DNA of 64,000 bases from Clostridia bacterium (GTDB lineage Bacteria; Bacillota; Clostridia; JAAYHZ01). The position numbers and the translations under genes were made by a program. Below are positions 11,401-19,900 of this stretch, in pieces. The notes beneath the pieces were generated by a model. That model did no database searches and was not told the origin of the DNA. It was given only the letters and a program-made list of their open reading frames with translations. The number at the start of each line of letters is the position of its first letter. Within the stretch, counting starts at the first letter, position 1. The stretch covers positions 1-64,000 of the forward strand of contig JBMNIH010000011.1 of NCBI GenBank assembly GCA_050950825.1. The letters are read 5' to 3'.

Positions 11401-12104
11401 CCTCTTTCAGTTAACTTTTCCGTCACCTTTTCATACAGCTCCACAATATCGTGGCCGATAAAGGGATTGAAAGTACTGCCGGAAGTCAATGCAGGATATA
11501 ATTCGACAAACTTTTCATAAGCGTTTACGTCGTATTCCTGCAGTGAAACTATAAAATCGTTTATCGGAACATTAATTTCCGACAAAAACTTTTTATAAGT
11601 ATCTTCATAGGATTCTCTCCATAGATTTATCGCATTTACGGCCGCTTCAAAATGGGTTTCGGGCATCAAGTCGGCTAAGCCTTCGTTTTTTAGGGCCGAT
11701 TGCAGCGCACTTAAAAACGATTGGCTTATACTTGTGCTGCTGCCGCTAATGATAATCGGCAGCAACTTTTTATCGCTTTTTATGTAATCGACGATAAAGT
11801 CATACAGTTCCGGCTTGTATTCATATATTTTTTCTAACAGGCTGCTAAAAAGGTAAATGTCTTTTTTAAAAAGGAGAGACATAAGAACCAGCACGATATG
11901 GGATTTTCCCTTGCCGTAAGCTCCGATCAATATTCGAGCTCTTCCTCTGTCTTGCACGGCAGTGCTGAGCATAATGTCTTCGATTACATCAATGGAAGAC
12001 AAGGTCGGTATGAAGTTTTTTATCTTGCTGTCGTTATGCAAATCATAAGCAATATTAATTGATGTTTGAAAACCTTTTTCAACCCATATTTTCTTGGTCA
12101 GCAT
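8466..12104 (-). CDS. sspC: SspC-like large ATPase of ssDNA phosphorothioation system
   Basis: FQTSINI, Walker A GAYGKGKS, Walker B VYDEFSKYLE, CYPLHP, AQNERTLFTFL. 1212 aa, downstream of DUF4007 and the PAPS-reductase-like gene. Confidence 0.8.
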   Translation of the reverse strand: MLTKKIWVEKGFQTSINIAYDLHNDSKIKNFIPTLSSIDVIEDIMLSTAVQDRGRARILIGAYGKGKSHIVLVLMSLLFKKDIYLFSSLLEKIYEYKPELYDFIVDYIKSDKKLLPIIISGSSTSISQSFLSALQSALKNEGLADLMPETHFEAAVNAINLWRESYEDTYKKFLSEINVPINDFIVSLQEYDVNAYEKFVELYPALTSGSTFNPFIGHDIVELYEKVTEKLTERGYSGVYIVYDEFSKYLESSIANTTISDIKLLQDFAEKCDRSDDKQMHLMLISHKDIANYIDKKLPKDKVDGWRGVSGRFKHMSLHNNYAQIYEIISFVIRKEEGFWSDFCRDHQAKFEQLIERFIGNGVLDKDDEKTAEIAVKGCYPLHPVSTFILPRLSEKVAQNERTLFTFLSADSKNTLTDFLERVPEGFSLLTPDYLFDYFEPLLKKEPYTSDVHKLYTTTRKVLQKLENDSLAAKIIKTISLIYIVEQFEKLPPVKDIIFNTFIDSVGDIRIIEDTLNDLIKKEYVIYQKKSNGYLKIKESTGVDITVEIENVIEKTKYNVSVKEVLNKSSYDNYMYPTAYNDENEITRYFDFTFIDSAEFFAIENWDRHVEDIEADGVIYAIIPYDQDDIAKIREAIVGGCCNQHRILFILPIKHVDIEQIVLEYNAVSVLRESAKEDELLYQEYDLYMEDLEEVIGRYIMSYSRPEMGESEYFWKGMKQNIKRKSQISAKLSEICKEMYPYTPIINNETINNDYVTTVAINSRSRLISGLLENQLSPNLGLTGTSQDVSFMRSTLIQTGILKNVEDEPVLTLTPDNENMTRVLGEIREFFLSSSNKGKNFQELYDRLRKPEYGYGIKKGVIPIFIAVVLHFIKKYLVIKNGDEEVRITADLLNSINENPKDYYAYMEEWSEEKALYMNRLEELFSDYIIDKEKDFNTFSYIVSAMTRWYLSLPKYAKELKTIYRGKNNKPEKLPQKYIRFMNGLKRPNINAREFLFDRIFVLFEYDEFTLDIINDIETAKDIYDSARRDLIEHLIHDIKDLFKDGQDNSASLTSIIKDFVEELKPSTLSYLFPNDEHRVLQLMADIGNDEYTFVEKLARTVINLRIDDWEEKTVSEFYYELERIKKSILEYNRTAEHSSSAQPDFNGYKLHFVGEDGKEVVKAFDKTAISQRGKLLYNEIATALNEMGQSISEQEKRQILMEFIEMMCKGG

Positions 12105-12141
12105 GTTGATCTCCGTTCTCTAAGGATGTGTTTTAATGGTT

Positions 12142-13028
12142 CTAATGGTTTAATCTTTTGTAGTACTCTTTTATGCACTCAATGAAATTCATCTTTTTCT
12201 CAATGCTTATAACATCCAGACCCGCCGTACGGATAACCTTGATGTAGCCCATTAATTCCAGCCTATTCAGTAAGGTTGTCAACGTAATAACATCAAGGTT
12301 TAAATTTTACCGGCATTTTTCTTGTCGTTTTGGATGGTAGAGATTTTTATAAGTCCTTCTTCCTCGTTCTTTTCCGCTTGGTCAACAATTATGGCAAGCA
12401 CAATAAGAGGATCGATACTATCCACTTTCGGCGTTTTCTTTCTGTATGTTTTCGTTCTTTTATCCACGATATCGACAAGCGAAAGCTCCCCTAACGGGCA
12501 GTCGATGTTGCTTTCGGGGTGAACCTTACCCGGATTGAGTTTTGATCTCGGTATGTAGGTATTGATAATACAATTAAAGTCATCTTCTAATGAGCGTTCG
12601 GAATAGGATTCACCATTAAGCAATATGTAAGCATTCAATTGCTTAACAAAATCATCTTTCGTAAATTCCGTCCGATTAAACTCATTAAAGAAGTAATACC
12701 ACGAAGTTGCCAAATGTTCGTTAGATGCTAGTTTATAATGCAGGAGCCATAAAGTACCCATTTCTTCCATGTACTTGTCGTTTTGATAGACAACTTGTCC
12801 GAAATCGGTAAACTCTTGGTATTTCTTACCGCTTGGGGGTTCTTTGGTCAATTCTACGGCTTGGAGCCAATATCGCAGTGATTTGACCATATTTGCTCCA
12901 ATACCTAAAACATCCATGGGATTCCCCGACCCTCCCATAAATACGGTCTTGTCTTCTTTGACGTATTTCATTCCTTTATAAAGCCAACCTTTACGAATAA
13001 AGAAAGATTCATGAGCTCTAAATTTCAT
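12142..13028 (-). CDS. sspB: SspB (DUF4007) nickase-like protein, one frameshift at ~12300
   Basis: MKFRAHESFFIRKGWLYKG, LGIGANMVKSLRYWL, TLWLLHYKL, CPLGEL. ATG 13028 overlaps the sspD stop (ATGA). Adding one base at ~12300 continues NLDVITL...IRTAGLD...RLNH* to 12142. Confidence 0.85.
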
Positions 13029-14746
13029 TCTGTCACCTTTGTCTTTAAGTATTTGTCCATCATACATCCGCCCTCTAAATATTTAGCGGTAACACACATC
13101 TTGCAGCGCTTGCATTTGAATTCGTTTATGTAATATTCGCCGCCGTAAATGCTGATTGCACCGTGTTTACAAAGGGATTCGCATTTTAAGCATTTGCGGC
13201 ATGCATTGAATTTTCTTACTTGATAGCCGATCATTCTTTGAAGATCATCGTGTTTAGCAACATTCATGGTTTTAATCTTGACCCCATAGTCGAATTCGCC
13301 TTGATTAAAAGGTTGAACCGATATAATAGGTACTTTCGTTTTGTAATCTAAAACAATCACTTCGTTTATAAGTTTTCGGCCCAATTCCTTAGAGACAATA
13401 CCAAAAGGAATCAGCAAGTTTAAAAACGAATCATCCACAGGATATTTTAGCTGATATATCTTTGCATTTTCTTCTGCAGTACAATTTGTAAACTTGATCT
13501 TTACATCTTCTGCAGCTTCGACTCCGTTGCCGCCCTGCCTTGCCTTCCACTTTCCACTATCTACATAAACCTCGGGATCCGGTTTGCCGATTCGTTTCGC
13601 AAAATCAATCAAGAAGTTCCGCCATCTTTCCGATTGTTCCGGCATGTAGATCTGTGAGAGAAATTGTGCTCTTAAATGATTGTTCGGGCAGCACCAGCAT
13701 CCCACACGGTCGTATCCGAGTCGGTAAGCATCGTTAAAGTCGATTTCTTCTCCTAAAATGTACAGCCAAATATCGATATCCTTCCAATAGAAAATCGGTG
13801 AAGCAACCTTTTGCTTTTGGATTTTAATAACTTCGGCATCGTCTTCGATGCGGTTGTATTTACTTCTACTGGCGGACTCATTTTTTCGTATACCATAGAA
13901 AGTAAGTATGTCGGTATCGCGGTAAAGACTGTTAAGCACCCGAGTAATTGGTCCTGTTTTAAACATGGAACAGCACCAGCGGAGCATTCGGGCAGGAGGA
14001 CCGATGTCTTCACAAACTTTAAAAAAGTCTTGGTCTTTATTCCTAGCCACTTTAAAAATGGCTTTCGAATTATTTTCCCGATAGCGCTCGGCATATTCGA
14101 TTGTCATTGGGAACTCTAACGTAGTATCACCGAAAATGTGGACGATACTCGGATCACTTAATGCCCGCATCGTTAAATCCGCCGTAACGGTAGAATCTTT
14201 TCCTCCGGAAAAGGAGATTACGATATTTTCAATTGGATAATCCTTTGCCGCTTCTTTAATGAAAATTGCCGCTTCGTTCGATATGTAGTGGAGTCTTTCT
14301 AAATTTGCTTTTACAAATCGATCAATGCTTTCGTTAAAAATGTCATAACTGTTGGCTTCCTTATATTTATCAAGCTCTTTCGCTATCTCATCCGCAGAAC
14401 GTTTCTTATATGAGCTAACCGGTATGGACTTAGGCTTGCCGTCGATATAAAAACGATTGTTGTACGCCCAAACGGTTTTGTCGATGAATTCAAGAGGTTT
14501 GCCTAAAAAGACCTCCAGCAGCAAACGCTCTTCAGGAAAAACGGGCCGTAAATCCGCACTCATATAAGTTGTTTCGCTTCCGCATAGGGAACATATATTA
14601 ATATCGATTCTGTCAGCCGATTTTATAATAGGAGTATTGCATTCCTTGCACCAATAGACGTATACAGGTGTGTCTTGCTCTGTGGCGGCACCACACAGTT
14701 CACAGTTTTCTTGATTCGATTCTCTGTTACAGTTTTTACACCACAA
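13025..14746 (-). CDS. sspD: SspD-like PAPS-reductase-family protein with N-terminal CxxC pairs and C-terminal ferredoxin-like domain
   Basis: PP-loop SFSGGKDS, RWCCSMFK, GIRKNES, RVGCWCCP. N-terminal CKNC/CELC/CKEC/CSLC. C-terminal CRKCLKCESLC..CKRCKMC. Likely TTG start at 14746 after GGGGGGTG. Confidence 0.8.
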   Translation of the reverse strand: MWCKNCNRESNQENCELCGAATEQDTPVYVYWCKECNTPIIKSADRIDINICSLCGSETTYMSADLRPVFPEERLLLEVFLGKPLEFIDKTVWAYNNRFYIDGKPKSIPVSSYKKRSADEIAKELDKYKEANSYDIFNESIDRFVKANLERLHYISNEAAIFIKEAAKDYPIENIVISFSGGKDSTVTADLTMRALSDPSIVHIFGDTTLEFPMTIEYAERYRENNSKAIFKVARNKDQDFFKVCEDIGPPARMLRWCCSMFKTGPITRVLNSLYRDTDILTFYGIRKNESASRSKYNRIEDDAEVIKIQKQKVASPIFYWKDIDIWLYILGEEIDFNDAYRLGYDRVGCWCCPNNHLRAQFLSQIYMPEQSERWRNFLIDFAKRIGKPDPEVYVDSGKWKARQGGNGVEAAEDVKIKFTNCTAEENAKIYQLKYPVDDSFLNLLIPFGIVSKELGRKLINEVIVLDYKTKVPIISVQPFNQGEFDYGVKIKTMNVAKHDDLQRMIGYQVRKFNACRKCLKCESLCKHGAISIYGGEYYINEFKCKRCKMCVTAKYLEGGCMMDKYLKTKVTE

Positions 14747-15174
14747 ATCAAACACCCCCCACATCCTATTGTAGCATAAGGATCCGCAATAACATAAAAG
14801 TAAAACTATGAAACGCAAAAAGAATATTATGCCATTCTTTTTGCTAGTGATTTTTTATTCAGCAGTCTGACTACACAGTAAATCCATTAACGGTGCTGTG
14901 TTAAATCGCTATTTTTTTGGCGAGTTTTGTTGAAAAATACACAAACAGTCTAATATATTTTGGACTTTTAGTAAAGTAAGATATCAGAGCTGATAGCGTC
15001 AATATACATTCGGAAATAAAAAGAGAGAGTTCACCCTTATGATAAGATTAAATCTTGTCTGTATCATATATCATTTCCATCAATTTTTCCACATTTGTTT
15101 TTTTAATTGATTATTACACATCACCCCTATTCAAGAATTCATGAAGACAATAGCAAATGCACAAGTAAAGTACT

Positions 15175-15340
15175 CATTTATTCCACGGTTCGCTTTACGA
15201 CGAGCCTCTGCCGGCATGTTTAGTGGCCTCTGCGGCATCTTCCTACAGGGTGAAGCCGGATACGGCTTTGTGTGTTTGATGCCAGGCAGACAAGCCTAAC
15301 ATGCCGTCTACTCATCGTAAAGCGACTTTCGCGGCATAAA
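15175..15340. ncRNA. 166-nt conserved nested-hairpin element (copy B)
   Basis: Same 15-nt termini as copy A. Stems TCGCTTTACGA/TCGTAAAGCGA, GGCATGTT/AACATGCC, GGCATC/GATGCC, AAGCCG/CGGCTT. Confidence 0.65.
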
Positions 15341-15383
15341 GCCTACCGTCACACGGTTACAAAGTCATAGCGGTTCAAGCTGC

Positions 15384-16868
15384 TTATGCGTCCCAAGCCA
15401 GTGTGGTCATATTCTTTAGCCACTTCATACTGCTCCTTTCCAAACCATGTATGTGACGTCTGGTATCTTCCGCATACGTCCATTTTGAATGTCTTCTTCT
15501 CAGATCTCTTATCAATTCTTCTTGTGCTTCACGCCTTTCCTTTTGCTTTTTTCGTTGTTTTTGATATTTTAGCAAGTCAAGAATCTTACCGCCGTTTCTT
15601 TTGTACGCTCTGAGCCTTGCCATGCGGTCGCAACCCAATTCGCTCCATCCCATTGGTCTGCTGCTCATTCTTGCCGACAATACATGGCTTATTTGCCCTT
15701 CTATGCAATATGTCCAGCCGCTTGTTTCTTCCACTCGGGTTTTTATCCCTTGCCAATGATTTAGAAAATATCTTAACGCATCTTCCACTTCTTGCTTCTT
15801 GTTTTCACTTTCCGTAACCTTCAGGATCTGCTCATAGATATTCTTCAATTCCTTTTTGTCCAAACGATTCAAGGCTCCCCAAATCCAGTCTTTCACCTCG
15901 TCCGCGCTATCGTAAAGATGCGCCACTGACCTGTTTATATATTTCATCATATGGTATTTATCAAGGACATATTTGCTGTTCTCCAAATATTCGCATCCTT
16001 TTTTTATCCACGAAGCTCCGTCTCCGACTACGTATATTCTCTCAAGATAGTCCGTATCGTATGTTTTTTCTATGTATTCGGCAACCTCCATCCAAAGCTT
16101 TTCGTTGCCTTTGCCACCCTCGTAAATACCGCAAAAGTATTTTTTTCCGATCAGCTTATATCTGGGATTCTTGGATGCTTCCCCCGATTCATTGATAATA
16201 TCCTCGAATACACAAACAAGCTTAGGCATCAGGGTATTAATCTTATGGCCCCTCGCATCTCGCTTCAAATCGCCCTTTTCATTCCAAAACTGTGCCGCCA
16301 CATGATCTTCATCGGCTATGACATGAAGCCTTTTTATCTTCTTCTTTCCTTCCGGTTCCGGCATCGGCATGTCCGCCTCAATCTCATGTACCAGATCCAT
16401 CACGGCTTGTTTGCTAATGCCTTCTTCCGCTTTTATGCTTGCATTCTCTCCGCCTTTGCGGTAACTGCTGTCTATACTTTCTTCCAAGGCTCTCGCAGCT
16501 GCGCCTAGCGTTACCTTCTGGTGCGGTTCAAATCCGAGCACCTGATCCAAAAGATATACATACTCACCCGTTCCTTTCGCACAATATCCGGTTCGGCAGA
16601 ATTCAACCTTACCCATGACATCTACGATGGTTTTCTTTTTGTTCCTGTGCTCGACATTCCAATACTTTTTTCTCACGCTGCTTTCTCGTATATCGTTATC
16701 AGCTTTCTCGTACAAATCCGCTATAAGGCTGACCGCTAACGTTGACGTAACTTTATTAACGAGTGCAGTCAAATCATCGGCATCTTTTTTACCTGCCAGA
16801 ATATCACCCATCATTTTTTCAATTTCGACTAACCCATTTTCAATAAAATGTAGTATACTTTTATACAT
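15384..16868 (-). CDS. ISLre2 family transposase (UPF0236)
   Basis: LHVIADEDHV, GDGASWIK, LDKYH, IEGQISHVLSARMSSRPMGWS. ATG at 16868 after AGGAAGGTG. Confidence 0.85.
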   Translation of the reverse strand: MYKSILHFIENGLVEIEKMMGDILAGKKDADDLTALVNKVTSTLAVSLIADLYEKADNDIRESSVRKKYWNVEHRNKKKTIVDVMGKVEFCRTGYCAKGTGEYVYLLDQVLGFEPHQKVTLGAAARALEESIDSSYRKGGENASIKAEEGISKQAVMDLVHEIEADMPMPEPEGKKKIKRLHVIADEDHVAAQFWNEKGDLKRDARGHKINTLMPKLVCVFEDIINESGEASKNPRYKLIGKKYFCGIYEGGKGNEKLWMEVAEYIEKTYDTDYLERIYVVGDGASWIKKGCEYLENSKYVLDKYHMMKYINRSVAHLYDSADEVKDWIWGALNRLDKKELKNIYEQILKVTESENKKQEVEDALRYFLNHWQGIKTRVEETSGWTYCIEGQISHVLSARMSSRPMGWSELGCDRMARLRAYKRNGGKILDLLKYQKQRKKQKERREAQEELIRDLRRRHSKWTYAEDTRRHIHGLERSSMKWLKNMTTLAWDA

Positions 16869-16977
16869 AGAGGACACCTTCCTTTGTGATTTTTTGTATG
16901 GAAATTTAATCATATCACAATCGGGGTCCTCTTTCTATTTGTTATATTCTTCCATTGATTATTATCCGAAACTTACT

Positions 16978-19900
16978 TTACGCTAATATATGATAGTGCC
17001 CCTTAGGTGTCCCCATACTATTCATTTCATGACTGCCAAATCGGATACTTCTTGTTCCATCTGCAGAAAAAATTCTATTTGGATCTACTTGACCAGTTCT
17101 TGGATTAATATTAGTCTGGTTTGGTCCTAAGTAATCATCCCAGCTTTTAATTACATCACTTGATTTGATAGCATTTGGTGCTTTTACTTCTGGTGTATTG
17201 ATAACTTTTGTATTAGCACTTGGAGTCTTAGGCGTTCCCTTAACCTTTCTCAAAAGTGAACTTAATCCCGTTGAAACTCCTGCGGAGACTCCTCCGCTGA
17301 CAGCAGAAAACCCTACGCTTATCCAGTCAACATCGCCTTTTGCTATCGCCTGCTCGGCTATGCTTGCTGTCGCACTGGATGCCGCACCGAGTGCCGTGTT
17401 ACCTGCAATTTGTGCAATCAACGAACCACCCATCGTAAAGCCTGCCGTTGCTCCGCCTATTGCTCCCGAAACGGCAGCGCCTACATATTCTCTCCAGCCT
17501 TTGTTGATTTGTCTGTCATCCAAATAATCTCTTGCTAAAGTTATGGTTGCATTGAAAATGGCTCCTAATCCTGCACCGAGTCCTGCTGCCACCCAGTTTA
17601 TTGCTTCTCCGTCAGGATCGTTGTACATGACCGGGTTATTATGCGCGTACGTATATAAATTCAAGCTTAGCGGATCTTTCGGATCTCCCCAATAACTGTC
17701 CTCGGTTATAAATCTTCCTATTGCAGGATTGTAATATCGCGCTCTCAGATAAACAGTGCCCGTTTCCTTGTCAAAGTACTCTCCACAGTAACGGAACGGA
17801 TTGGTATCCGTGATGTCGGGGTTTGTTTCGTTACCGAATGCATCGTAATCATACCTTTTCGTTATGATACCCGTTGCATCGGTCAACGCCTTCACATCAC
17901 CGTGGACGTTGAACAAGTAATATTGTCTTGTCCCTGTTTCCTCCACGGCAATCAAGTTGACCCCTTGTATATATTTTACACAGGACCCGTCGGACAAATC
18001 AAGAACGATATCGGATCCGTCCCATATGTGTTCGGTAATGACTCCGTTTACATTTTTACTCTTTCTTAAACCGTTGTAATGATAAACATAAGAAGCATCG
18101 ACTTGCGAAGTTTGAACTGATATAAGTCTGTTTAAACCGTCGTACCGGTAGAATGTCATAAGCCCCAAAACGTCTTCTTCCAAAAAGACGATATCTACGG
18201 AGCCCGTTACATCCGGGTCGTACGGCTTGATCCCGCTCTTGAACGTCGCGACAAGATTCCCGTTGCGGTCATATTCGTATACGGTTTCATGTATCACCGA
18301 GTTCAACGTAACGGATTCTCTTATCAACCGATTGCTCGGATCGTATTCGTATGTCGTGACGGTTCCGAGGTGATCGGTTTTACTTTCCCGGTTGTTACAG
18401 TCGTCATAGGTATATATGTATCCCGAAACCGGCGATCCGCCGCCGGAATGGGTTTCGCTTATTAATCTGCCGATATCATCATATACGTATTCGACAATTT
18501 TACCCGCCATGACTTCCGTCTTTCGGATTTGATTGCCGTCCAGCGAATAATCATAACGGTAATCTTCCAAAACGGTTTCTCCCGCTTTATTCACCAATCT
18601 TACGGGTACGTTTGCCAAGTTGTATTCGTATTCGGTTACATTCCCGTTGGCGTATTCCAACGAAGCTCGGTTTCCGTTTGCATCGTATCCGTAGATCGCC
18701 GTTACGATACCGTTATCTTTGACGACCGACAGCCTGTTCATTCCGTCGTATTCGTATCCCGCATCGTATAGAACCGTACCGTCGACCGTAACGACACACC
18801 CCGTCTTGTTGGAAGCGACATCGTATGTATAAGTTTTGACGACGCCTTCCGCGTTTTGTTCGGTCATCAATCTTCCGGCTCCGTCATACGTGTAAACGAT
18901 GTATTCCCCTTGCCCCGTGACGGTTTTCAATTGTCCCGTGGAAGTATATGAATACTCGTAGGACAGATTTTTATCGGCATCTTCGAGGTTGACCATAACC
19001 TCGGTAAGCTTGTTTCCGAGAGCGTCGTATGTATAGGCGGTTACGGTACCGTTTCTGTCCGTCACGGATACGAGGTTTCCGTTGTAATCGTATTCATACG
19101 TCGTTGCGTTGCCGGAAGGATCCACGGTCCGAATCATACGGTTAAACCTGTCGTATTCGTATTTCGTCACGGAAAATTCCGTATCCGGTCCGGTCGCATT
19201 GTCGGGGTCCGTTATCGTCAGCGGCGAAGACAATCCGGTGAACATTCGTATTTTGTTACCGACCGCGTCATAGCAGTATTGCGTATGCATTACGCTTTGA
19301 CCCTCGTCATACAAAGACACGAGAACAAGTCTTCCGTTTGAATCGTATCCGTAATCGACTCTGCTAAAGCTTTCGTTTTCTTCCGGGACATTGTTCGACG
19401 TCAAGAGCGTAACGACATTTCCGTTCAAATCATATTCGTAAATCTTTTCGGAATAGGTTATACTGCCGTCGCCGTTCAAAGAAAACGGTATGCGTTCTCT
19501 CAGCAATCTTCCCGCATGGTCGTATTCGAATATCGTCGAGTAAGACACCGGGGAATTGTTTGCCTTGTAATCGGTGATTTTGATCTTTCTTCCTAATTCG
19601 TCGTATTCGACGCTTGTATAATTGCCTTCGATATTGTATTCTCTTACCGCTCGGTTCGCATAATCGTACTCGTACTTTGAGGTGTACGGCTCGGTTCTTC
19701 CTTCCGCTTTATGTCTTGCGGTTACCACTCGAACAAGGTTGCCCGAATAATCATAATAGTAGTCGTTCAGATATTCCGTTCCGTTCAGTATGTATCCGTC
19801 CTTGGCTTTTTGTCCGTGGGGATCGTAATATTCCACCGTCGTTATATCCTGAGCATGAGAATCTCCCGGAACGGTTTTGGAAACTCTTGCGTATGCTCCG

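Larger units (their letters stand above)
14994..16985 (-). mobile_element. ISLre2-family insertion sequence
   Basis: Imperfect IRs TAGCGTCAATATACATTCGGAAATAA and (rc) TAGCGTAAAGTAAGTTTCGGATAATA flank a UPF0236-type transposase. Flanking bases do not form a direct repeat. Confidence 0.8.

Noticed and set aside
7309-14746. BREX type 4 (brxP-type) assignment
   Set aside because: No PglZ phosphatase or BrxL/Lon gene is visible. The downstream genes look DndF/G-like and a desulfurase is in the operon.
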